A stretch of DNA of 64,000 bases from a virus: IMG/VR virus record IMGVR_UViG_3300033148_004210, positions 1 to 64,000 of that record. The stretch is one strand, 5' to 3'. Each line of letters opens with the position of its first letter. Within the stretch, counting starts at the first letter, position 1. The position numbers and the translations under genes were made by a program. The notes below the pieces were generated by a model that was not told the DNA's origin, made no database searches, and saw only the letters and a list, made by a program, of their open reading frames with translations. Of this stretch, positions 48,472 to 56,761 are shown piece by piece.

Positions 48472-48716
48472 TTTATATACTCCTGTATTAGTTTTTTATT
48501 TTTCTTCGCAAATTGAATATTCTTAAAATTGAGAGTTAATCTGCCATTATAAGCATGGCAATATAATTTTTGTTTTCTGCGAATTACTTTATAAACTTCA
48601 AAAGTATATATTATTTCATTTGTTTTTTTGTTTTGCAGTTTAAGAATAGCCTCTGGAAGATGTGCTCCTATTTCTTCAATTTTATTTCTGTTTAAAGTTA
48701 TGGTTTTATTTTTCAT
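48468..48716 (-). CDS. Hypothetical protein
   Basis: ORF track; overlaps neighbours. Confidence 0.45.
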   Translation of the reverse strand: MKNKTITLNRNKIEEIGAHLPEAILKLQNKKTNEIIYTFEVYKVIRRKQKLYCHAYNGRLTLNFKNIQFAKKNKKLIQEYIK

Positions 48717-49575
48717 CTAAAATCTCCCTTAAAAGAATTTGAACCTCTTTATCTTTAACTTTTTTTATCCCTTCTATAAGAATTTCTTTTAATTTTTTAG
48801 ATTGTGTTATTGTTTTTTCTGGTTTAGCAATTGTATTGGTAAAATTAAGTTTAACTTTAAATACATTAAATTTATGTTTCCATTTATTTATTTCATTTAC
48901 TTCTTTCTTAAATTGGTCGAAAGAATTTATTACCAAACGAATTTGGATTTTGCCAGGGATAATGTTTGGTAACTCTTTTACACTATGAATGTCAAGCATT
49001 GGGTAAGGAGATTTTAAGGGAATAAATTTAATCTTTCCATCTTCTAATAAAATTACCCTTTTAAATTTATCGTCTACTTCATTAAAATGTTGCCATCTAA
49101 TACTTCCTGGATGATAAATTTTATCTTTTTTAAGTTCCTGAAATAAATGCTGATGCCCTAAAAACACAAAATCATATTTTGCCAAATCTTTTACTCCACA
49201 CTTACCAGTTCCATATTCAAGTTTGGAGGAATGTAACATGTAATGTCCAAATCGAATATTATCTCTTACAAAATCTCCTTTAACAGAATTAATTCCCAAC
49301 TCTTTTAAGAATTCGATAATACTTACATCATGTAAAAGGTCGTGATTCCCTGTGCCTGAAATTATAGTAACATCTTTAAATTTCTTTTTTAATTTTTTTA
49401 CAATGGAAGTAGCAAATTTTAACTCCGCAGGAGTAGGTCTATTATGCTCAAAAAAATCACCCAATTGCACAAATCTATCTGCCTTGATTTTTAATATTTC
49501 TTTAAAAATTCCTGTCAATTCAGGGATTGCTTTTTCTTCTATATGAATATCTCCGATGATTAAGGATTTGTTCAT
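48706..49575 (-). CDS. sbcD: SbcD/Mre11-like nuclease
   Basis: GDIH, LGDFF, GNHD, LGHQH, HPGS. Confidence 0.85.
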   Translation of the reverse strand: MNKSLIIGDIHIEEKAIPELTGIFKEILKIKADRFVQLGDFFEHNRPTPAELKFATSIVKKLKKKFKDVTIISGTGNHDLLHDVSIIEFLKELGINSVKGDFVRDNIRFGHYMLHSSKLEYGTGKCGVKDLAKYDFVFLGHQHLFQELKKDKIYHPGSIRWQHFNEVDDKFKRVILLEDGKIKFIPLKSPYPMLDIHSVKELPNIIPGKIQIRLVINSFDQFKKEVNEINKWKHKFNVFKVKLNFTNTIAKPEKTITQSKKLKEILIEGIKKVKDKEVQILLREILDEK

Positions 49576-49640
49576 TATTGTTTCCTTAAATTTTCCTCCG
49601 CCCATAAGGGTTGGAGATTTTTATAATTAAAACATTTCTT

Positions 49641-49877
49641 TTATTTTTTGTCTGGAGTGGGAAGAGAAGCATAAGCACCTAAATCTTTAACTTCCTTTTT
49701 TTCTTTTTTAATTTTTAATTTAAGACGAATAACTTTTTCTTTGGGTAATCTAAAGACAGAATAATTTTTTTCTAACCATTGTAAGTTCCGTTGTAATTTA
49801 GCAACACGTTCATAACGCTTGCGAACACTTCTTTCAGTAAGCCATATATTTCTTTTTAATGATGGATGTTGACTCAT
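49641..49877 (-). CDS. Small basic protein, PVC-superphylum signature protein homologue
   Basis: MSQHPSLK...RSV.KRYER...L....W....SVF.LPK.K followed by a Lys-rich tail. Confidence 0.7.
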   Translation of the reverse strand: MSQHPSLKRNIWLTERSVRKRYERVAKLQRNLQWLEKNYSVFRLPKEKVIRLKLKIKKEKKEVKDLGAYASLPTPDKK

Positions 49878-49880
49878 AAT

Positions 49881-50132
49881 TTATTCTCCTTTATTTTCAA
49901 CGACAACAAACCTGCTATCCGCATCTATAAGATTGGGCTTCTTTTTTGAAAGTTTAAGTCCCGAAAGAATTACCCCTACATCGAGAACCTTCTTCCAACG
50001 TGCAAAATTACGAAATTTAGGAGCAATATAAGAGATATAACTTTTACCTGTTAAAGATTTGAAACAAACCAGGTATACATCGCCTCCGAATTTTGACCTT
50101 TGCTTACTAATTTTAATTATCTCACAAGTCAT
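49881..50132 (-). CDS. Hypothetical protein
   Basis: ORF track. Confidence 0.5.
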   Translation of the reverse strand: MTCEIIKISKQRSKFGGDVYLVCFKSLTGKSYISYIAPKFRNFARWKKVLDVGVILSGLKLSKKKPNLIDADSRFVVVENKGE

Positions 50133-50133
50133 T

Positions 50134-50355
50134 TTATTTTCCTTTTTCTGGGTTTTTATCTTTTTCTTTAGGAACTATCCCTAATTCTTTTGCTTTAGTA
50201 ATAACTTCATTTACCCCTTTTAATCTTTTAGTTAATTCTTCTAGCTGTTTCTCCAAAGCTTCTTTACCTTTAATAAGCCCAGCTAAATCTATATTAACTT
50301 TTTTTTCAGTTATTACTTGAATTGTATTTGCATCTACTTTTTTGTATTTAGCCAT
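50134..50355 (-). CDS. Coiled-coil hypothetical protein
   Basis: ORF track; SD AGGGGA. Confidence 0.55.
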   Translation of the reverse strand: MAKYKKVDANTIQVITEKKVNIDLAGLIKGKEALEKQLEELTKRLKGVNEVITKAKELGIVPKEKDKNPEKGK

Positions 50356-50368
50356 TTTTTATTCCCCT

Positions 50369-50548
50369 TTAAGTTTTCTTTTTAGTTTTCTTTTGCAAAC
50401 TTATTATCCCTTCTTCTATAACACAAATTGGACAAATGTTTAACTCGCAGTATAATATCGAAGCCTTCGTCCATCCCAATATGGTTTTCTCGACCTCACA
50501 ATAATCAAAAGGACGTTTACAAATTTTACAATGTATATGTTCTTCCAT
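50369..50548 (-). CDS. 59-aa zinc-finger protein (not in ORF track)
   Basis: MEEHIHCKICK...ICPIC; SD AAGGAG. Confidence 0.5.
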   Translation of the reverse strand: MEEHIHCKICKRPFDYCEVEKTILGWTKASILYCELNICPICVIEEGIISLQKKTKKKT

Positions 50549-50574
50549 TTTTTTGCTCCTTTTTTATCTTTGTT

Positions 50575-51609
50575 TTAAATATTGCCATTATACATTTTGC
50601 CATTGTAGATAAATTTTCCTTTAACAATTCTTATATTTTGAACAAAGAAATAACCATTTGGCATGTAATATACTATTGCAAATCCATGCGACCATTTGTT
50701 CGGCTTATTTCTTAAATAGTCTGGATTTTTATCACATAAGCAACCCCCATTATAACCGATAATTGCTATTTCTTTCGCAGGAGAACTTGATGACCTTGAA
50801 CCTATTCTATGTGTATGAAAAAACAATACATTGGTTTTAAACTCGTCAATATGCTTCTTAACTGCATGCACGTTTGCATATACCCCATGAGTTGTTGATA
50901 ATCTTCCGACTTTTTCGATATAATTCAAATTCTCATAAACTTTATAACCACGCTTCTCCAAATGTAATTCTGTTGTAGGATTTAACATCCCTTCCAAAAC
51001 AGGCATCTTTTCTATGAGTTGATTATACCAATCTTCATGATTACCCCAAAAATACGCTTTATCGCAATCTTTCGGCAATCTCTTATCGTATTCATCTAAA
51101 AGAGTATTACCTATAATATAATCTTTTTTGATTCTTTGTGTTTCAAGTGTTTTTCTTTTATGTTCGTTCCAGTGACTTATAGGAGACATATCCATATAAT
51201 CGCCTACAATCCTAAACCCATCAAATTTAATATCCTCCATAAGTTTATGAATAGCCCTATTTGCAGGAATATTATGGTCTGGAACATGTTGGTCTGCTAC
51301 ATATAGCCAAATTTTAAAGGTCTCATTATCTCCTTCTTTTTTAACACCTTTAGGCACTTTCCATTGACTTACAGCAAGTTTCTTCTGCTTATCTTCATCA
51401 AGAGTAGAAAGTTTATCCAATCCCAATTTATCTGTAGTTTGAATCACTTTTCTGGATTTAATTTTGTTTTTAGCTCTCAATCTTTGAGCAAATCTGGAAA
51501 CTGTTCTTTCCCCTAAGCCCAATAATTGACTGATTTCAAAATCATTCTTACCTATTTTATACAATTCTATAAACAACTTTTCGTTTATTTTAACTTGTTT
51601 CTTTTTCAT
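50575..51609 (-). CDS. HTH + calcineurin-like metallophosphoesterase
   Basis: ADQHVP, VGDYMD, WGNHED, THG, FHTHR, GCLC; N-terminal EISQLLGLGERTVSR. Confidence 0.8.
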   Translation of the reverse strand: MKKKQVKINEKLFIELYKIGKNDFEISQLLGLGERTVSRFAQRLRAKNKIKSRKVIQTTDKLGLDKLSTLDEDKQKKLAVSQWKVPKGVKKEGDNETFKIWLYVADQHVPDHNIPANRAIHKLMEDIKFDGFRIVGDYMDMSPISHWNEHKRKTLETQRIKKDYIIGNTLLDEYDKRLPKDCDKAYFWGNHEDWYNQLIEKMPVLEGMLNPTTELHLEKRGYKVYENLNYIEKVGRLSTTHGVYANVHAVKKHIDEFKTNVLFFHTHRIGSRSSSSPAKEIAIIGYNGGCLCDKNPDYLRNKPNKWSHGFAIVYYMPNGYFFVQNIRIVKGKFIYNGKMYNGNI

Positions 51610-51610
51610 T

Positions 51611-51880
51611 TTATTTTCTCCTATTTAAAGTAATATCTAAAATCCAATCTTTTTCACCATCTTTAATTCCTACTATTAATTTCGGAAGTTTATTCGATTC
51701 CAATGCTTCGTCCCAAATTTTTTGTAATATTTTTTTTGTAATAGAAAATGATTTCTTTTCAGTATATTTACATTCAATAAGATAATCGTCTGTTTTTAAA
51801 TCTCCTTTGTCAAAAAATAAAGCCCCACTATTTATTGTTTTTTGAACTTTTTCTTCGAACTTTCGCCCTATGTTTTTCAT
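51611..51880 (-). CDS. Holliday junction resolvase-like PD-(D/E)XK protein
   Basis: FEEKV...NSGA..DKGD...LIECKYT. Confidence 0.7.
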   Translation of the reverse strand: MKNIGRKFEEKVQKTINSGALFFDKGDLKTDDYLIECKYTEKKSFSITKKILQKIWDEALESNKLPKLIVGIKDGEKDWILDITLNRRK

Positions 51881-51897
51881 TATCTACCTCTACATAT

Positions 51898-51927
51898 AGT
51901 ATATCATATCAACCCTAACACTGTCAA
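51898..51927 (-). promoter_or_regulatory. Sigma70-type promoter
   Basis: TTGACA (51927-51922), 18-nt spacer ending in TGA, TATACT (51903-51898), i.e. an extended -10; in an intergenic gap upstream of SD GAGGT. Confidence 0.75.
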
Positions 51928-51968
51928 GACTATAGGACTAACTTTTGGAACTCTTAACTATAAGGTAA

Positions 51969-52003
51969 GCTGGGAGGAAAAAATATATATAAATCCCCCC
52001 AGC
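51969..52003 (-). terminator. Hairpin ending the polymerase transcription unit
   Basis: GCTGGGGGGA...TCCTCCCAGC 10-bp stem right after a stop codon and upstream of the promoter; weak U tract. Confidence 0.5.
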
Positions 52004-52011
52004 AAAATTCC

Positions 52012-52233
52012 TTATTTCTTTACACCTTCGCTAGGGCTTCTATCTGTTCTCTCGTTTCGTATCTTAACTCCACTTGCCTCAGCGATTTTAACTTGGTTAG
52101 TTCTAATATCAAGCAATAGCTTTAAAATTAGACTACCAATCTTTGCAACATCAGATACAGTAGCTTTTCCTTCCTTAATCCTAGCTTCAATATCAACTAA
52201 ATCTTCTCTTGCATGTTTAGCTCTTAATGGCAT
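52012..52233 (-). CDS. Hypothetical protein
   Basis: SD GGAGGT before MPLRAK. Confidence 0.55.
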   Translation of the reverse strand: MPLRAKHAREDLVDIEARIKEGKATVSDVAKIGSLILKLLLDIRTNQVKIAEASGVKIRNERTDRSPSEGVKK

Positions 52234-52249
52234 ATCATTACCTCCCTTC

Positions 52250-52450
52250 TTAGTCGTTAAATTTCCCAAATTCCATTCCTGATGGCTTTTTGGGTTGTTC
52301 TTTTACTTTATAATATTTTTTTATACAATATTTAATATAAACTTCTTTTATTATTGCCAATAAAATTTGAAATAAACTCCACGCAATAATAGCACCAGTA
52401 GCAAATAAAAACCCTATTGATACAAATGACAGTGCATTAAGTAGTCCCAT
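52250..52450 (-). CDS. Small membrane protein
   Basis: One long hydrophobic helix; SD AGGAGG. Confidence 0.55.
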   Translation of the reverse strand: MGLLNALSFVSIGFLFATGAIIAWSLFQILLAIIKEVYIKYCIKKYYKVKEQPKKPSGMEFGKFND

Positions 52451-55400
52451 TTATTCCTCCTTTAAATCTTTTATTTTAGGGTAAGGTTGTTCAGGAAATT
52501 TTTTATACCAATCTCTTTTTTCTTTTTTATTACCTAGACACATTAAATAAACATGTTTTTTCAAAGCGGATTTTATCTCTAATCTATCTCCGTAAATTTG
52601 TTCTAAATTTTTCTTAGATGTGCTTCCATGTTTAGCATTTAAATTTCTTGTATGCACTTCTTTCCCATCAATAAAAATTCTTCTTTCTGGTAATAATCTC
52701 CTTTGAACACCAACATATCTCCAATTAGTTGCTTGATAAATATAACCAATATGTCCATGATTCGGGTCAGCATAAGAAATTAAATATTTAAATTCTGGTC
52801 TATTTTGTCTAATATATTTGAAAGATTGACCTATACAATAACTTTCTATATTTTTAGGTAATCCGTCTTTACTAAATAATCTGATTAATTCTACACAATT
52901 TTCTCTATCTATCTGTAACCATTCAGTAACTCTTCTTCCTATAGGGCATCCATAGACAACAGCAGTAACTAATTCTTTATTATAATAGAATCCTAAAGCC
53001 AGTTTAACAGATGAAGCAATGGTGTGGGAATAATGATTTTTTATTATGTATTTTTTAGCTTCTCGAAAATCTATTTTTTTTATTTCTAAATCTTTTAATT
53101 CAAAATCCAATTCTTTTATTTGTTTTTTCTCTTTTTGAATTCTTTGATATTCTTGATTTACAATGTCTATATTTGGAGCGAGGTTAGAGACTTGCACTCT
53201 ACTCTCCGAACTGGAAGTTCGGCATGTCTTTTTCGACACTTCCCTCGCAAACTGTTTTTCGTTTTTAAGTTTATTAATATATTCTGCCACTTCGTCTTTA
53301 GTTTCTATTCCTATAATTTCCTTAATATTCCACCCCATTGCCTCAAATATAGTTTGGAGTTTCATTAAAATATTACGATTCTTCATAGTTTCCCAATCTA
53401 CTTTGTTTTTATCCACATGTCCGTATGTTTCTTCATCAAATGCCATCACATTTTTTAATTTGCCTTTAGTTGTAATAGAATGTGTAGTTACTTTCCCTTT
53501 GGTAATTAAATGTTCGATTAATTCTTCTTGTTTAATTTTATCCATATTTTTTACTAAAACTTTTTGTCCAAAATGTAATTCCCATTCTTTCTTTAATTTA
53601 GAAGAAGTTAATTTACCTCCATCATACCAAAGAATATTCTTTTTATTCTGCTCATATTCATCTGAATTTACATAAATATAATAAAATAATTCTCCTACTT
53701 TTTTCTTAAAAGAAGGAACTAATTCTTGAGCATATTTTGAAGCCCGAACAAAGATTGGCATGTTTTTATATTCATCTATAGGTTTGCCAATTTTACAGGG
53801 AAAAGCGATATTTTGCAGTGGTTGATTTCTTATTTCTTTAATTTGATTTTTAATCCATACAAAAATAGATTCTTTGGATTCTTTATCGAGTATTTTATCT
53901 ATAAGAGTTCGTTGGAATTTTTTCATAAATACAGTGCTATCTTTTCTTTTTGCTTCTACTCCTTTAACTTCTTCTTCTAATCCTTTGTCTGTTCGAACAT
54001 AACCAAGATACCTACACTTTGTTAATATCAAAATTTTCTCATAATATCCTTTATATTCGAATTCGTTGACAATATTTTCTTTACCATATTTATCCTTAGC
54101 CCATTTTTTTACTAAACTATTCAAAAGATTGGAAATATCATCAGTATTGTTGTTTATCATAACCCCATCGGTGTCCACATATATAACTTCGTAACCCTTT
54201 GATTTTAAAGCAGTTATGACATAATGTAAAAGGTCTCGAACTAAAAAAGTAGTCGCAGATGCAACTTGTTTATTATAAAGTCTAAAAAATCTATTCCCAA
54301 ATACTCCATATGCACTATTCACAACTGTTTTAACTGCATCATATCTTTTTTTTATATCTTTATAATGTCCACTATTTATTGGACATTTTGATAAAGCGGA
54401 CTTAATTTGATTTTTCAAAGTTATCAACTTCTTGACAACTGTTGGAAGTAACGCATTTGAATTTTGTGCGAAATGGCTATTTTCTATAGGAAGTATGTCA
54501 AAACCATCTGCTATCAATCCTTGTTTATCAGATTTTCTTATATTAGCAGGGTCTAAACAAAAATCTATAATCATTGAGGGGTAGCAAGAACTAAGGTCAT
54601 AGATTCCAGTTCCTTCAGTAAACGCTCCAGTTTTAAACGCTTCTCTAAATGCTCCAGCAAAATCTTCTTTTTCTGATAATGTTCCTCTCATTTCGTCAGG
54701 TTTCATTGGTAAAGCTACTTTTTGATTTTTAGCTTCTTGTAATAAAAGCATATCCAATACTCTACTATTCCACAAAAGGTCTTCCCATTCTATTTTCGAC
54801 ATTCTTCTAATTTCATCAAAATAAGAAATAATTTTATGTTTCTTTTCTAACTCAACTAATATCTTAACATCGTCTATATTTCTTTCTTTTGTTTCAGGAG
54901 AAAGTTTAGAAAAATCTAACTTCATATGCTTCTTGCCACGACCTAAATGTTTTTTAGCAATATAATCTAGAGAATAGGCTTGCTCTCTATTTAAAGTTAC
55001 CTTTTTAAACCAAGAAAGATAATCTATAATACTTATACCAGCAGGGTAATAAATTTCTCCGTCTCCATAACGAGTTTGTCCAATAGGACTAATTGATTCG
55101 GCAAAATCTGGATAACGATTACATAAATACGGAAAATCGAATCTTGTAAAATTCCAACCCAATAATATATCAAATTTCTCTTGTTTAAGATACTCTATAA
55201 AAGAATCTATCATTTTGTATTCTGTTTCATAATCTTCGAGATAAAATGTTTTAATTTTCTCACTAAAAGAATTCGAAACACTAATACAACTAACAGGTTT
55301 ATTTGCTTTTTTTACATCAGGCAATTCATCCGATAATATTTCTATATCTATAAAGGAATATTTAATAGGACATTTATCTAATTTATCAATAGCATCAATC

Positions 55401-55651
55401 ATATATCTTTGACAAAATCTTATATCTCCTTCATACGATTTATCACTTCTTTGTTTACGAATGTCGGAAGGCTTGCATATAAATATTTTTCTTAAAGGAG
55501 TTCCATCGAATCCTTTAAATTTACCGTTAATATCGTGTTCGTATAGATAATGAAAGAAATTATTAACTTTTTTAATTTCCTGTTGTCCTTCTTTATTACG
55601 AAGGAAAAGATATATTTCACGATATTTATTATAAATATTAACTAACTTCAT
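52451..55651 (-). CDS. Family B DNA polymerase fused to a C-terminal Mom-family adenine modification domain
   Basis: Exo FIDIE, GWNFTRFDFPY; pol YDLSSCYPS, KTVVNSAYG, YVDTDG. C-terminal (about 52451-53092) IIKNHYSH, VYGCP, ELIRL, PKNIESYCIG, LISYADPNHGHIGYIYQATNW.Y.G = Mom family. Confidence 0.88.
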   Translation of the reverse strand: MKLVNIYNKYREIYLFLRNKEGQQEIKKVNNFFHYLYEHDINGKFKGFDGTPLRKIFICKPSDIRKQRSDKSYEGDIRFCQRYMIDAIDKLDKCPIKYSFIDIEILSDELPDVKKANKPVSCISVSNSFSEKIKTFYLEDYETEYKMIDSFIEYLKQEKFDILLGWNFTRFDFPYLCNRYPDFAESISPIGQTRYGDGEIYYPAGISIIDYLSWFKKVTLNREQAYSLDYIAKKHLGRGKKHMKLDFSKLSPETKERNIDDVKILVELEKKHKIISYFDEIRRMSKIEWEDLLWNSRVLDMLLLQEAKNQKVALPMKPDEMRGTLSEKEDFAGAFREAFKTGAFTEGTGIYDLSSCYPSMIIDFCLDPANIRKSDKQGLIADGFDILPIENSHFAQNSNALLPTVVKKLITLKNQIKSALSKCPINSGHYKDIKKRYDAVKTVVNSAYGVFGNRFFRLYNKQVASATTFLVRDLLHYVITALKSKGYEVIYVDTDGVMINNNTDDISNLLNSLVKKWAKDKYGKENIVNEFEYKGYYEKILILTKCRYLGYVRTDKGLEEEVKGVEAKRKDSTVFMKKFQRTLIDKILDKESKESIFVWIKNQIKEIRNQPLQNIAFPCKIGKPIDEYKNMPIFVRASKYAQELVPSFKKKVGELFYYIYVNSDEYEQNKKNILWYDGGKLTSSKLKKEWELHFGQKVLVKNMDKIKQEELIEHLITKGKVTTHSITTKGKLKNVMAFDEETYGHVDKNKVDWETMKNRNILMKLQTIFEAMGWNIKEIIGIETKDEVAEYINKLKNEKQFAREVSKKTCRTSSSESRVQVSNLAPNIDIVNQEYQRIQKEKKQIKELDFELKDLEIKKIDFREAKKYIIKNHYSHTIASSVKLALGFYYNKELVTAVVYGCPIGRRVTEWLQIDRENCVELIRLFSKDGLPKNIESYCIGQSFKYIRQNRPEFKYLISYADPNHGHIGYIYQATNWRYVGVQRRLLPERRIFIDGKEVHTRNLNAKHGSTSKKNLEQIYGDRLEIKSALKKHVYLMCLGNKKEKRDWYKKFPEQPYPKIKDLKEE
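53174..53248 (-). tRNA. Non-canonical tRNA-Gly(UCC) with encoded CCA, inside the PolB-Mom linker
   Basis: GCGAGGG AA GTGTC GAAAAA GACAT G CCGAA CTTCCAG TTCGG AGAG TAGAG TGCAAGT CTCTA ACCTCGC T CCA. All four stems pair (acceptor 6/7); anticodon TCC at 53215-53213; U73 discriminator. Confidence 0.88.
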
Positions 55652-55937
55652 TATGTAATTCCTTCCAAATTTTAACTATAACATCTCCATGACAAGCTTT
55701 CGGTTTACAATAGCATCCAAGTATTATATTTTTTGGCATATCGTCCAATAATTTTCTCCATACACTATAAGGTTCTAAAATGCCAGGTTCAGATATTTTT
55801 TTCCTTAACCAATTCTCATATTTTGCAATTACTTCTTCTCTTGTTCCATCTTTTCCTATTACAAAAGGATTTCCAAAAGGACTACCTCTTCCTATATAAA
55901 AGTCATATTTTTCTTTTCTTAAATTAACGACTCTCAT
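55638..55937 (-). CDS. DUF4326 family protein
   Basis: YIGRGSPFGNPF..DGTREEVI..Y..LGCYCKPKACHGDVI. Confidence 0.85.
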   Translation of the reverse strand: MRVVNLRKEKYDFYIGRGSPFGNPFVIGKDGTREEVIAKYENWLRKKISEPGILEPYSVWRKLLDDMPKNIILGCYCKPKACHGDVIVKIWKELHNEVS

Positions 55938-56167
55938 TTCTCTAACTCCTGACCAAAAATTAAACGCATAGTTCTATCAACATTACCGATACCAACATAT
56001 TCATTATCACCCATAAAAAACTCAATCCCTTTTATACCTATTTTTTTTGTTATCTTTTTTTCTAATCCATATACAGCAGTCCTATATAAATCGTCCATTG
56101 CTTTTAAACTTTCCCAATAAGGTTTTAATTTTTTTATTAATGCTTTTGTAACTTTTATATTTTTCAT
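55934..56167 (-). CDS. Hypothetical protein
   Basis: ORF track. Confidence 0.5.
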   Translation of the reverse strand: MKNIKVTKALIKKLKPYWESLKAMDDLYRTAVYGLEKKITKKIGIKGIEFFMGDNEYVGIGNVDRTMRLIFGQELEK

Positions 56168-56177
56168 ATTATAACTC

Positions 56178-56369
56178 TCATTTTAATAAATATATCTCTC
56201 TTTTATAGTTGTTTATTCTAAGCAAATAGGGTTTTTGGAATTCATCACTTTGCCATAAATGTAAATTTAATTCTTCATGCCAAATTTTATCTTTTAATTC
56301 TTCGATTTTAATCTTAATTTTTAATTTTTCTATTTTGTTTTTGAGTTTAGCTATTTTTAAATTTATCAT
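56178..56369 (-). CDS. Hypothetical protein
   Basis: ORF track; ATGA overlap. Confidence 0.4.
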   Translation of the reverse strand: MINLKIAKLKNKIEKLKIKIKIEELKDKIWHEELNLHLWQSDEFQKPYLLRINNYKREIYLLK

Positions 56370-56761
56370 AAATCTAACAACCCTTTCTTCCTCATTTTAT
56401 CTTCTGTCATTTCTTTACCCTTAACTACACGACCACCTTGTTTCTTTCTTTTAATATCTTTAGGTTGAATAAAACCACTATCTACATATGCCAATTCAAT
56501 CATCACCGAATCTTCTACAGCAATAAATCTATGGCGTAAAGGAGGTTTTACTTCGAAGCTTTGATTTTTAGTCAATGTCTTCTGACCAAATTCAGTTTCA
56601 ATTCTGACCTTGCCTTCAATGACAACGAACTTATTTATTTTAGTAAGATGAGAATGAGTTGAGCAAAAGGTGTCTTTTTTAACGTAAAGGAGGTCTATCT
56701 CAGTTTGGTCAGTTAATAATATTCGCCGACGTTCGCCCCAAATTTTAAAAATGGAACTCAT
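56366..56761 (-). CDS. Cupin domain protein (sugar isomerase-like)
   Basis: KIWG.R...CSTHSH..K..F.VIEG...VKPPLRHRF.A..DS.MIE. Confidence 0.7.
   Translation of the reverse strand: MSSIFKIWGERRRILLTDQTEIDLLYVKKDTFCSTHSHLTKINKFVVIEGKVRIETEFGQKTLTKNQSFEVKPPLRHRFIAVEDSVMIELAYVDSGFIQPKDIKRKKQGGRVVKGKEMTEDKMRKKGLLDL

Noticed and set aside
49596-49622. Hairpin CTCCGCCC-ATAA-GGGTTGGAG followed by a T run
   Set aside because: The U tract is on the + strand while local genes are on the - strand, and the stem is imperfect. No terminator function can be assigned.
53092-53330. Intein or group I intron between PolB and Mom
   Set aside because: No Cys/Ser...His-Asn intein ends and no room for an intron core. 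The structured part is fully explained by the tRNA cloverleaf.
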